46,103 nt of DNA from Elusimicrobiota bacterium (GCA_027340875.1 DAIENX010000016.1:1-46103), one strand, 5' to 3'. Positions 26,820-37,712 are shown, numbered from the stretch's first letter. A program made the numbers and translations. Notes: generated from the letters alone by a model not told the origin.

Positions 26820-28327
26820 AGGCCAAGGTCCTGCTGATGACGCCGCCCTATCACTGCGGCGTGGTGGAAGCCGCCGGCACCTGGGTGCCGCTGGCGCTGG
26901 CGTCCGTGGCCGGCGGCCTCTCCCGCGCCGGCTACGAGGTGGAGATCTACGACGCGATGGCCAAGTACTCGGACTGGGCCGCTATCGAGGAGAAGCTCAG
27001 GTCCTCGAACCCCGACTTCGTGGGGACCACGGCCTTCACGGCCACGGTCAACGACGCCGTCAGGGCGCTGGCGCTGGCCAAGCGCGTCAAGCCGGGCGTG
27101 GTAACGTTGCTGGGCGGCATCCATCCCAACTTCCAGTGGAAGGAGCTCCTCGAGGCGGAGGATTCGCCGGTGGATTACGTGGTCAGGGGGGAGGGCGAGG
27201 TGACGGCGCCCCGCCTGCTGGACGCCATAACCTGCGGGGAGCCGCCGGAGCGCGTGCGGGGGATAGCGCTGCGCGACGCTTCCGGCAGGGCCTTCGCCAC
27301 GGCATCCAGGCCGCTGATAGAGGACCTCGACGCCCACCCGGCCGCGTGGGAGCTGCTCGACTGGAAGGACTACACTTTCTATCCCCGGCCCGGCTCCGTC
27401 TCGGGCCTGATCTCCTCGTCGCGCGGCTGCACCGAGGCCTGCTCCTTCTGCAGCCAGCAGAAGTTCTGGTCCCAGAGCTGGAGGGCGAAGTCCCCGGAGG
27501 CCTTCGTCGGCGAGATAGAGCTGCTGCGCAAGGAGTTCGGCGTCTCCATAGCGATGGTCGCCGACGAGACGCCCACCAAGGACCGCGCGCGCTGGCGCAG
27601 GATACTGGACCTGCTGATAGCCAGGAAGCTCGACTTCGAGCTGATGCTGGAGACCCGCGTGGACGATATCCTGCGCGACCGCGACTGGCTGGACGACTAC
27701 CGGCGGGCGGGCATAATGCACATTTACGTGGGGGTGGAATCCGGCTCGCAGGAGACGCTGGATACCTTCAAGAAGAACCTTAAGACGGAGCAGTCCAAAG
27801 AGGCCATAAAGCTGATAAACGAGGCCGGGATAATCAGCGAAACGGCCTTCGTGCTGGGCATGCCGGGGGAGACGCCGGAGTCCATACGGCGCACCACGGA
27901 CCTGGCCCTGGAGTACGGTCCCGACATGGCCTTCTTCATGGCCATAGCCCCGTGGCCGTATTCCGACATCTACAGGGAGCTCAAGCCCCTGGTGGAGACG
28001 GACGACTACTCGCTCTACAACCTGGTGCGCGCCGTGGTCAAGCCCAGGGCGATGACCCGCGCCGAGGTGGAGGCGGAGCTGGCCTCCGCCTTCAGGAAAT
28101 TCTACATGCACCGGCTCAAAGGGCTGGAGAAAATGCCGCCCTTCAAGCGGGAGTACATGCTTGCCGTGACCAGGCTGCTGGCCTCGCATTCCTATCTCAA
28201 GGAGCAGATGAAGGGGATGGGCGGCTCGGCCGGCATGCCGGAGGAAGTGCGGCGCGCTCTCGGCGCGGCCGGCGTCGCGCTCACGGAGGCGGCGCGGCCG
28301 GTCTCCGCGGATAAAAAACATGCGTGA
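26816..28327 (+). CDS. Cobalamin-binding radical SAM enzyme (BchE / class B methyltransferase-like)
   Basis: N-terminal B12-binding domain (PLALASVAG...LGGIHP...VVRGEGE), SSRGCTEACSFC CxxxCxxC, GVESGS. Confidence 0.9.
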   Translation: MKAKVLLMTPPYHCGVVEAAGTWVPLALASVAGGLSRAGYEVEIYDAMAKYSDWAAIEEKLRSSNPDFVGTTAFTATVNDAVRALALAKRVKPGVVTLLGGIHPNFQWKELLEAEDSPVDYVVRGEGEVTAPRLLDAITCGEPPERVRGIALRDASGRAFATASRPLIEDLDAHPAAWELLDWKDYTFYPRPGSVSGLISSSRGCTEACSFCSQQKFWSQSWRAKSPEAFVGEIELLRKEFGVSIAMVADETPTKDRARWRRILDLLIARKLDFELMLETRVDDILRDRDWLDDYRRAGIMHIYVGVESGSQETLDTFKKNLKTEQSKEAIKLINEAGIISETAFVLGMPGETPESIRRTTDLALEYGPDMAFFMAIAPWPYSDIYRELKPLVETDDYSLYNLVRAVVKPRAMTRAEVEAELASAFRKFYMHRLKGLEKMPPFKREYMLAVTRLLASHSYLKEQMKGMGGSAGMPEEVRRALGAAGVALTEAARPVSADKKHA

Positions 28328-30023
28328 GCCGCGTCCCGGCAGGCCGTGGCGCGCCTGCGCCCTGGCGGTCACCGCTTCATTGGCCGTCTGCGCCGCTTCC
28401 GCCAGCGGCGGGCAATACCATTATTCCGGCAAGCTGGACTGGAAGTTCGAGAGCGTGGCGGTGAAGACCCCCTCGGGGAAGACCTCCACCTCCATGGGCT
28501 CCCATGCCTATAGCCTGAACCTGGACGGGCCTCTGGGCTCGCCTCTCATCGGCACGGGGAACCTCGGGCTGACGTGGCAGGGGGGCAAGAGCCTCTCCAA
28601 CGTGGTGGCGGCCAGGAAGTCGTCGCAGGAGCTGACCGGATATAACTTCGGGGCCACGCTGCTGCCGCCGCCGCTGAGAAGGTTCGTCAATATCTCCCCC
28701 AACTTCAGCAGGAACGTCAATAAGACGTCCTGGGGCGACGGCGCGCTGCACAGCATAACGGACACCGCCTCCGGGGTCACGGCCGGGCTTACCCTGCCGA
28801 AACTCCCCGCCTATTCCGTCACCTACCAGAAGCTCAGGCGTACAGACGACAGCAGCTACGCCGCCGACCAGGAGACGGACATCATCGACGAGCGGGCGTT
28901 CTACACGAAGGACGTGCTGCGCGTGGAATATCAGCGCCGGCGGCAGCGGACGCGCGACCTGCTGGGTAATTCGCCGGAAAATTCGCAGGACACGGTGAAC
29001 TCCAACGTGGATCTGAACGACGCGGATTTCAACAAGCTGGGCCTGCGGTCGTATTTCCTGAGGGTATCTTACGCCGGCCAGACCAACCGCTCGGCCGGCA
29101 AGATCAGGCAAAGCGGCATCTCCACTATCCTGAACCTCACGTCCAAGACCGCGAGGACCGGCAAGATCGAGTCCTATCTGGGTTACACTCAGGGGCTGAA
29201 CAGGGACCTCATCTCCAAGGCGCAGACCTCCAACGCTGATATTGCCGTCTTCAGTTCCCTGCGCGGGTCCAGCGGGACCATAAACAACCAGCTGCGGTTC
29301 AGGGACGCTGACGGGCCAAACGGGACGGACCATTCGCTCAGCGACAACCTGAACTCCGACGTCACGTTCTTCAACGGTCTGGCCGGCCACCGGCTGCAGC
29401 TCGCGGAAACGCTCTCGTGGGGGGCGCAGGGCAGCCGGGGCACGGACCTGATAGAGCAGCGCATCTCGGTATATCCGGCGGCGAAGTACGATCTTTATTC
29501 CGACCAGCGCTATTCCGCCTCCCGCTCCGCCGCGGACGGGCCGCAGAGCCAGGGGCTGGGCTGGGGCGTGGGGGCGAACTGGCGGCCGGCGTTCTACGCG
29601 CGCGCCAACGCGAGCTATCAGAAGGACCTGAACTCCGACCTCGTGAAGGCGCAAAGGAGCGGCGCCGAGTCCGTGAGCCTGAAACTTTCGGCGGAGCCGG
29701 CGGCGGGGCTCTCCACCAGCCTGACCTACGCCCTTTATTCCAATCGCTCCGTGCAGGTCAGGTCGAGGAACGGCACGTTGTCGATAGAGTCCAGCTACTT
29801 CGTGACCCCGGCCATGGCGCTCAGCGGCAACCTGTACCGGACCGACGCGCGCCAGCGCTTCCGGCCGGACGGCGGGCGGACCAGGTCGGTTTCCCTGGAT
29901 TACAGCATGAGGATGACCTATAGCATAGGCCGCACCACGCTTTCCCTGCTGTACGAATCCAGGGAGGCATCGGTGTTCAACGCCTATTCCCGTTTCGGGG
30001 CTTTCCTGAGCCGCGCGCTATAG
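28320..30023 (+). CDS. Putative outer-membrane beta-barrel protein (copy 2)
   Basis: Paralog of 16171-17844 (SGKLDW/SGRLGW, YSLNLDGP/YNLNLRGP, GLTLP, ESYLGY, NWRP, YSR); amphipathic strands. Confidence 0.72.
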   Translation: MREPRPGRPWRACALAVTASLAVCAASASGGQYHYSGKLDWKFESVAVKTPSGKTSTSMGSHAYSLNLDGPLGSPLIGTGNLGLTWQGGKSLSNVVAARKSSQELTGYNFGATLLPPPLRRFVNISPNFSRNVNKTSWGDGALHSITDTASGVTAGLTLPKLPAYSVTYQKLRRTDDSSYAADQETDIIDERAFYTKDVLRVEYQRRRQRTRDLLGNSPENSQDTVNSNVDLNDADFNKLGLRSYFLRVSYAGQTNRSAGKIRQSGISTILNLTSKTARTGKIESYLGYTQGLNRDLISKAQTSNADIAVFSSLRGSSGTINNQLRFRDADGPNGTDHSLSDNLNSDVTFFNGLAGHRLQLAETLSWGAQGSRGTDLIEQRISVYPAAKYDLYSDQRYSASRSAADGPQSQGLGWGVGANWRPAFYARANASYQKDLNSDLVKAQRSGAESVSLKLSAEPAAGLSTSLTYALYSNRSVQVRSRNGTLSIESSYFVTPAMALSGNLYRTDARQRFRPDGGRTRSVSLDYSMRMTYSIGRTTLSLLYESREASVFNAYSRFGAFLSRAL

Positions 30024-30153
30024 TTGTTCCGGAAGTCCTGTGCCGGGTCCCCGGTCGCCGGGCCTTTGGGCCTATGCGGAGCCTGGGTCTTGCCCCCCTT
30101 GACTAGTCAAGCGACCCCTGCTATCCTATTGGCGTAGCGACCGGAGGAAATTT

Positions 30154-31554
30154 ATGAAAAAGATCCTTATCCCAGCCCTGTTAGCGGTCCTTGCGGCCGC
30201 GCCCGCCCTCGCCCAGTTCGACGGCACGGATCTGGGCGTTTCCAAAGCCGCCGAAGTCGCCGTGCCGGAAGCCGCGGACGCCAAGGCGCTTCCGGCGGCG
30301 AAGGCCGGCCTGAAAGAGTGGACCGTGATGGTGTACATAAACGGCAAGAACGACCTGGAGCTCGCCGGCCTCTACAACGTCAACCAGATGGAGCAGGTCG
30401 GGTCCAGCAGCAAGGTGAACATAGTTGTTGAAATGGGCCGCATGAACGGCCAGGCCCAGGGCGACGCGCACCAGGACGGCGACTGGACCGGATCGCGCCG
30501 CTATTACATAACGAAAGACAAGGACGAGGAACACATACATTCCATAAAAGCGGGGGATGCGGCGAGCGTGGATATGGGGGATTATAAGCGCGTCGTGGAC
30601 TTCGTGAAGTGGGCGAAGGATATGTTCCCCGCCAAGCGCTATATGCTTATACTGTGGAACCACGGCTCCGGGTTCATGGACCCCCGCAAGGAGCGGAAGG
30701 GTATTTCCTTCGACGATGAGACCGGCAACTACATACGCACCCCGCAGATCGGCCAGATCCTGAGGGAGGCCGGCAAAGTGGACGTGCTGGCGTTCGACGC
30801 CTGCCTGATGCAGTCGGCCGAGGTGGACTACGAGGTGAAGGACAACGTGGACGTCATCGTGGGCTCGGAGGAGACCGTCCCCGCGCTGGGCTATCCTTAC
30901 AGCCTGTTCCTGGGGGCGCTGGTCAAGAAGCCGGCCATGGACGCCGAGCAGCTGGGCGCGATAACCGTAGAGGCCTATAAGATGTTCTACGACAAGATGG
31001 GCAAGGCCGCGCAGCTCTCGGCCGTCCGCGCCTCCAAGCTGGAGGGCTTCGCGCAGCGCATGAAGGACTTCTCCGCCCTGGCCAAGGATTCCGACGCGGC
31101 CGCGCTGAAGGCCGCCCGCGACGGGGTGATCCGCTACGACGCGGTCGGTCCCTCCGACGCCAAGATGACCATCTCCTTCTACGGCGACGCGGCGCAGTTC
31201 GCCAAGCTGGCGGCCGATAACCTGAAGGAAAGCGATAAGTCCGCGGCCATAAAGCAGAAGGCCGAGGAGCTCGGCGCCTTCATAGACGGCGAGCTGGTGA
31301 TCTACAAGGGCGCCTCCGGCAAGAACCGCGCCGGGCACGAGATGTCGGAAAGCCGCGGCATCTCGGTCTACCTGCCGCCGGCGGAAGCCAGGATATCTCA
31401 GACCAGGCTGGAGGGGATATTCGAGGCGCCGTACACGGACTTCGCCTTCGACAAGGCTTCCGGCTGGCACGACTTCGTGACCATGCTCTATGACACGGCT
31501 ATCGCTCCGGCTCCGGTCGTCGCTCCCGTGACGGCCGCCGCCCCGGGGCAGTAG
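30154..31554 (+). CDS. Exported clostripain-family (C11) cysteine peptidase
   Basis: WTVMVYINGKNDLE, LILWNHGSG (catalytic His), FDACLM (catalytic Cys), IVGSEE. Confidence 0.9.
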   Translation: MKKILIPALLAVLAAAPALAQFDGTDLGVSKAAEVAVPEAADAKALPAAKAGLKEWTVMVYINGKNDLELAGLYNVNQMEQVGSSSKVNIVVEMGRMNGQAQGDAHQDGDWTGSRRYYITKDKDEEHIHSIKAGDAASVDMGDYKRVVDFVKWAKDMFPAKRYMLILWNHGSGFMDPRKERKGISFDDETGNYIRTPQIGQILREAGKVDVLAFDACLMQSAEVDYEVKDNVDVIVGSEETVPALGYPYSLFLGALVKKPAMDAEQLGAITVEAYKMFYDKMGKAAQLSAVRASKLEGFAQRMKDFSALAKDSDAAALKAARDGVIRYDAVGPSDAKMTISFYGDAAQFAKLAADNLKESDKSAAIKQKAEELGAFIDGELVIYKGASGKNRAGHEMSESRGISVYLPPAEARISQTRLEGIFEAPYTDFAFDKASGWHDFVTMLYDTAIAPAPVVAPVTAAAPGQ

Positions 31555-31572
31555 TCTTGCGCCTAACGACGG

Positions 31573-31607
31573 AAAAAGTACCCCGGCCCCGCCGGGGTAC
31601 TTTTTTT
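31573..31607. terminator. Rho-independent terminator
   Basis: AAAAAGTACCCCGGC-ccc-GCCGGGGTACTTTTTTT. Confidence 0.85.
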
Positions 31608-31749
31608 AGTCGGAGTTAAGGGGGCACAATACTCAATTCTTCGGAATCAGGTGATGTGTCTCCAGATCGCATATCGAGCGAAAGTCATAATTTGTTAGAA
31701 TTTATACGTAGTCCAATCCTGAACTGTCCGGTCTTGAGGTGCGCAACTG

Positions 31750-33282
31750 ATGGATCAGATCCTTATCCTGGATTTCGGCAGCCAGTACACCCAGCTTATC
31801 GCCCGCAGGCTTCGCAGCCTGCGGGTTTATTGCGAAATACTGCCGTACAGCGCCCCCGTGGAGGACATCCTCGCGAGGTCGCCGAAGGGCATAATCCTGT
31901 CCGGCGGGCCGTCGAGCGTCTACGACAAGGCCGCGCCCAAGCCCGACCCGGCCGTGTTCAACCTGGGCGTGCCGGTGCTGGGCGTCTGTTACGGCATGCA
32001 GCTGCTCGCGCACGAGTACGGCGGCAGGGTGGAGAAGGCCTCCTCCCGCGAGTACGGCTTCAGCAAATTGAAGGTCTTGAAAGGCTCCCGTCTCTTCAAG
32101 GGCATAGGTAAAGAGGTCAACGTCTGGATGAGCCACGGCGACGAGGTGAAGAGAGTCCCGCCGGGCTACCACGTGACCGCGCGGGCCGACGGCTCGGACA
32201 TCACCGCGATGGAGAACCCGGAGCGCGGCCACTACGCGCTGCAGTTCCACCCCGAGGTGCACCATACCGGGAGCGGGACGAAGATGCTGGAGAACTTCGC
32301 GCGCGGCGTCTGCGGCTACAGGGACCGCTGGTCCCCTGCTTCTTTCCTTAAGGACAGCATAGCCGAAATAAAGCGCCAGGCCGGCGGCAGCGCCGTGATC
32401 TGCGGCCTGTCCGGCGGCGTGGACTCTTCCGTCGCGGCGGTGCTCGCGCATAGGGCTATAGGCAATAAATTGAAGTGCATCTTCGTCGACACCGGCGTGC
32501 TGCGCCACGGCGACCGCGAGCGCATGACGGACGTTTTCAAGAAGAAGTTCGGCTACAGCCTCAAGATAGTGGACGCCTCGGCTCTGTTCCTCGGGCGGCT
32601 CAAGGGCGTGACCTCCCCGGAGAAGAAGCGCAAGATAATCGGACATACCTTCATAGAGGTGTTCGACCGCGAGGCGAAGAAGGTCAAGGGCGCTAAATTC
32701 CTGCTGCAGGGTACCTTGTACCCCGACGTGATAGAATCCGTGTCCGTCAAAGGCCCCTCTGCCGTCATCAAGAGCCACCACAACGTGGGCGGCCTGCCCG
32801 CGAAGATGAAGATGGGGCTGATAGAGCCGCTGCGCTATTTCTTCAAGGACGAGGTGCGCGAACTCGGCCGCAGCCTGAGGATCCCCGAAGGCGTGCTGAT
32901 GCTGCACCCGTTCCCGGGGCCGGGCCTCTCGATACGCGTGCTCGGCGAAGTGACGCCGGACAGGCTGAAGCTGCTGCGCGAGGCCGACAGGGTGATGCGC
33001 GAGGAGATACAGAAGGCCGGCTGGTACGATAAAATATGGCAGGCCTTCTGCGTGCTGCTACCGGTGCGTTCCGTCGGCGTGATGGGCGACGAGCGCTCCT
33101 ACGAATACACGATAGCGATACGCTGCGTGAGCTCCGTGGACGGCATGACGGCCGACTGGAGCCGCCTGCCGCACGACCTGCTGCAGAAGGTCTCGTCGCG
33201 GATAGTCGGCGAGGTGCGCGGCGTCAACCGCGTGGTCTACGACGTCACCTCCAAGCCGCCCGCGACGATCGAGTGGGAATGA
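31750..33282 (+). CDS. guaA: GMP synthase (glutamine-hydrolysing)
   Basis: ILILDFGSQYTQLIARR, GVCYGMQ, QFHPEV, LSGGVDSS, KPPATIEWE. Confidence 0.98.
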   Translation: MDQILILDFGSQYTQLIARRLRSLRVYCEILPYSAPVEDILARSPKGIILSGGPSSVYDKAAPKPDPAVFNLGVPVLGVCYGMQLLAHEYGGRVEKASSREYGFSKLKVLKGSRLFKGIGKEVNVWMSHGDEVKRVPPGYHVTARADGSDITAMENPERGHYALQFHPEVHHTGSGTKMLENFARGVCGYRDRWSPASFLKDSIAEIKRQAGGSAVICGLSGGVDSSVAAVLAHRAIGNKLKCIFVDTGVLRHGDRERMTDVFKKKFGYSLKIVDASALFLGRLKGVTSPEKKRKIIGHTFIEVFDREAKKVKGAKFLLQGTLYPDVIESVSVKGPSAVIKSHHNVGGLPAKMKMGLIEPLRYFFKDEVRELGRSLRIPEGVLMLHPFPGPGLSIRVLGEVTPDRLKLLREADRVMREEIQKAGWYDKIWQAFCVLLPVRSVGVMGDERSYEYTIAIRCVSSVDGMTADWSRLPHDLLQKVSSRIVGEVRGVNRVVYDVTSKPPATIEWE

Positions 33283-33303
33283 AAGCGCGTGCGGGACATG
33301 GCG

Positions 33304-33422
33304 CCCCGGATATGTATTCGGAGTGCCTTCGCGGAGGCCCGAGCTTGCATAAGCGCGAGGGCCGAGTGAGGAGGGGCGGCCACGGTGTGGCCGACCCCGT
33401 GCCGACGAATACATATCCGGGG
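33304..33422. repeat. 119-bp element bounded by perfect 17-bp inverted repeats, with internal hairpins
   Basis: CCCCGGATATGTATTCG (33304-33320) pairs with CGAATACATATCCGGGG (33406-33422). Confidence 0.8.
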
Positions 33423-33471
33423 TGACATCGTTATGGGATGTGCCTGGCGCAGGAAATAAACTGGAGGACAG

Positions 33472-34932
<1,461 letters not shown>

Positions 34933-34940
34933 ACCCTTCG

Positions 34941-34981
34941 GCGCGGGCCGCCGGCGTTCCCGCGCCGGCGTCTCTTTTTTT
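34941..34981 (+). terminator. Probable rho-independent terminator after guaB
   Basis: GC-rich hairpin (CGCCGGCG arms) followed by a T run. Confidence 0.6.
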
Positions 34982-35039
34982 GCCGTAGCCGCGCGGAACC
35001 GGCGGGTGTTGTGCTATAGTATATCCTTCAGGGGGAAGC

Positions 35040-35462
35040 ATGCCGAAGATACTGCTGGTGGAAGATGATAAATCGCTCCTGGTGCTGCTGAAGCACTGCC
35101 TGGAGACCGAAGGTTACATGGTGGTCACCGCCGAGACCGGAGACGCGGCCATGAACTGGATAAAGGAATCGCGTTTCGACCTGGTCCTGCTGGACCTGAT
35201 GCTGCCGGATATGAACGGGGCCCAGATCTGCGCGTCCATAAAGGAGAGCCCGAGGACCAGGTCCATCCCGGTCATAATTCTGACCGGCAATACCTCCAAC
35301 GAGGCGAGAATAAGGACAGGGCTCGAGGCGAACTCCGATCTCTTCCTCAACAAGCCGATAGACCCGGCCGACCTCAGGAAGGCGGTCAAGACCATTATCG
35401 AGGCGGCGGAGAGGAAGAAGCTGCTGCTGCGCCGCTCTATCAAGGACAGGCTGGGGGAATAG
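35040..35462 (+). CDS. Single-domain response regulator (receiver)
   Basis: ILLVEDD, DLVLLDLMLPDMNG, ILTG, NKP. Confidence 0.9.
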   Translation: MPKILLVEDDKSLLVLLKHCLETEGYMVVTAETGDAAMNWIKESRFDLVLLDLMLPDMNGAQICASIKESPRTRSIPVIILTGNTSNEARIRTGLEANSDLFLNKPIDPADLRKAVKTIIEAAERKKLLLRRSIKDRLGE

Positions 35463-35473
35463 CCGACAGGCCG

Positions 35474-35508
35474 AAAAAAGAGGACCGCCGGCCGGCGGTC
35501 CTCTTTTT
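35474..35508. terminator. Bidirectional terminator between convergent genes
   Basis: AAAAAAGAGGACCGCCG-gc-CGGCGGTCCTCTTTTT. Confidence 0.85.
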
Positions 35509-35523
35509 CTATGTCCGGGTGAA

Positions 35524-36306
35524 CTATCTCCCTTTGAACTGCGGCCTGCGTTTTTCGAGGAAGGCGCTGATGCCCTCCTCGTAGTCGCCGCTGTTGTAGA
35601 CCTTCCGCCTCAGCGCCTGGATGCGCTCGAAGGACTCCGGGCTGATCGGGTGCGCCTCCGAGAGGATGCGGAACTGCTCCTTGACCACAGAGACCGCCAG
35701 CGGGGAGTTGGCGGCTATGCTCTTGGCGAGGTTTAAGGTGAAGTCCTCTATCTCGCGGGAGCTGATCAGGTGGTTCAGGATGCCGAAGTGGTAGGCGCGC
35801 TCGGCTTTCACCGGCTCCGCGGTGAAGAACATCTCCTTGGCGATGTTGGAGCCTACGCGGTTGATGAAGTGCATGATGCCGGAGGCGTTGTACGGCAGGC
35901 CCATCTTCACCGGCGTGATGGCGAAGGAGGCCGTTTCGTCGCCCACCGCCAGGTCGCAGGTGACGGCCAGGTCGGTGGCGCCGCCCCAGACGCTGCCCTG
36001 TATCATGGCTATGACCGGGCCGGGGAAGGCCTGTATCGCGCGGAAGGCCGTTTCCATCGGGCTGTCGTAGGCCAGCGGGTCGTGGTGCACCTTCGGCAGC
36101 TGCGTGATGTCGTGGCCGGCGGACCAGACCCGGGCCCCGGGCTCGGCCCGCAGGATGATCACGTTCACCTTCTTCTTCCTGAAATCCTCCAGGGCGGCGG
36201 TCAGCTGCTTGCACAGCTCCAGGCTCAGCGCGTTGCGCCTCGCCGGGTTATTGAGCGTCATAACGCCGATGCCTTCCTTGATGTCCCTGAGAATAAGCTG
36301 TTCCAT
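35524..36306 (-). CDS. scpB: Methylmalonyl-CoA decarboxylase (crotonase fold)
   Basis: VWSAGHDI...DPLAYDSP, GSVWGGA, LPYNASG and FERIQALRRKVY match the ScpB/YgfG pattern. Confidence 0.88.
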   Translation of the reverse strand: MEQLILRDIKEGIGVMTLNNPARRNALSLELCKQLTAALEDFRKKKVNVIILRAEPGARVWSAGHDITQLPKVHHDPLAYDSPMETAFRAIQAFPGPVIAMIQGSVWGGATDLAVTCDLAVGDETASFAITPVKMGLPYNASGIMHFINRVGSNIAKEMFFTAEPVKAERAYHFGILNHLISSREIEDFTLNLAKSIAANSPLAVSVVKEQFRILSEAHPISPESFERIQALRRKVYNSGDYEEGISAFLEKRRPQFKGR

Positions 36307-36370
36307 CCGTCCTCCGGGCGGGGGCGCCTCAAGCGGCGCCGCGGGCCGGGTCTAATTGTATAATTTTAGA

Positions 36371-37648
36371 ATGACGATATTCCTGCTGTTCCTGTCCCTG
36401 TTGGCCGCGCCATCGGCCGCCTCCGCCGGATCCGCCGACCCCGGGCGGGCGGCGGAAAAGGCCGCCGTGTTGGTGGCGGACAGTCCCGCCGGGGCGGAGG
36501 AGCTGTTCACGGCCGAGTTCTTCAGGCATATCTCGCTGGACAGGCTGAACGCGCTGTTCCACGATCTCTACGCCGGGCAGGGACCGGTGAAGACCGTGGT
36601 GCTGTCCAGCTCCGGGCCGTATTCCGGGCATTATTTTTTCGATACGGAGCAGGGCTGGCGCATACCGGCCGCGGTCTCGGTGGACCCGCAGAGCGGCAGG
36701 ATAAGCGGCCTCTTCTTCGGCAATCCCTACCGGCTGGACGCGAAACTGGCCGACGTCGGGAAGGAGCTTTCGGCCCTGCCTGGGCGCAAGGGGCTGCTGG
36801 TCGAGCGCCTGGGGAAGGCTCCTGAGACGCTGGAATCCCTGTCTCCGGACGAGGAGTCCGCCGTGGGCTCGGCGTTCAAACTCTACGTGCTGGCGGCCGC
36901 GGTAAAGGCGGGGCTGCCCTGGGAAAGGGTGGTAAAGCTCAGGGGCGTGGACAGGTCCCTGCCCACGGGCCGCCTGCAGGAATGGCCGGCAGGCTCGCCG
37001 CTTACCGTGCACACGCTGGCGACTATGATGATCTCGGAGAGCGACAACACCGCCTCCGACGCGCTGATCTCGGAGGTGGGGCGGGAGACCATAGAGAGGA
37101 GCCTGCCGGCCCTCGGGCATTCGGCCCCGGAGAGGCTGCGTCCCTTCCTGAAGACCTCCGAGATGTTCAGGCTCAAGTCCGACACCGCGGCCGCGCTGAA
37201 GTACATGAACCTTTCCAAGGGCGACAAATACGCCTACCTGCGGTCTATGTCCCAGGAGCTTCCCAGGGCCGAGCGGCTGAACCAGTCCCCTTTCGGCATA
37301 GACAAGATAGAATGGTTCGCTTCCCCGGCCGACCTCTGCCGCCTGATGGGCTGGTTCGCGGAGCGCGGCGGGGAAGCGCTCGGCATACTGGCGGTCAACC
37401 CCGGCCTGAAAGAAGCCTCCGAAGGCTTCGTCTACGCCGGCTACAAGGGCGGCTCCGAGCCAGGTGTGCTCTCCATGACCTGGCTGCTGAGGGACAAGGG
37501 AGGCGAATGGCTTTGCCTTTCCTCCTCCTGGAACGACCCGGCGCATAACCTGGACGAGGACAGGTTCTTCGGCCTTATGGGCTCTGCCCTGCGCGCGCTG
37601 GCGACCAGACCGGCGGCGGAGAGGCCCGGGGGGTCGGTGGGCCCTTGA
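36371..37648 (+). CDS. Exported serine hydrolase, class A beta-lactamase-like fold
   Basis: SxxK (GSAFKLY), SDN, KGG(SEPG) motifs; signal peptide. Confidence 0.85.
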   Translation: MTIFLLFLSLLAAPSAASAGSADPGRAAEKAAVLVADSPAGAEELFTAEFFRHISLDRLNALFHDLYAGQGPVKTVVLSSSGPYSGHYFFDTEQGWRIPAAVSVDPQSGRISGLFFGNPYRLDAKLADVGKELSALPGRKGLLVERLGKAPETLESLSPDEESAVGSAFKLYVLAAAVKAGLPWERVVKLRGVDRSLPTGRLQEWPAGSPLTVHTLATMMISESDNTASDALISEVGRETIERSLPALGHSAPERLRPFLKTSEMFRLKSDTAAALKYMNLSKGDKYAYLRSMSQELPRAERLNQSPFGIDKIEWFASPADLCRLMGWFAERGGEALGILAVNPGLKEASEGFVYAGYKGGSEPGVLSMTWLLRDKGGEWLCLSSSWNDPAHNLDEDRFFGLMGSALRALATRPAAERPGGSVGP

Positions 37649-37712
37649 CAAAAATCAACCCGCTTATTACACTTTAAAGGGAACGTGTACGCGGCACCTT
37701 AAGGATACGATT

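Noticed and set aside
26816..28327. Calling the radical SAM enzyme AhbC/AhbD, HemN or true BchE
   Set aside because: It has an N-terminal B12-binding domain and no SPASM Cys cluster, and no photosynthesis genes are nearby. Function is left unassigned.
31610..31749. Possible purine riboswitch upstream of guaA
   Set aside because: I could not find the conserved purine-riboswitch core or a convincing structure by eye; an Rfam search would settle it.
36371..37648. Calling it an antibiotic-resistance beta-lactamase
   Set aside because: It has KGG rather than KTG and an extra N-terminal domain; only the fold is supported, not the activity.
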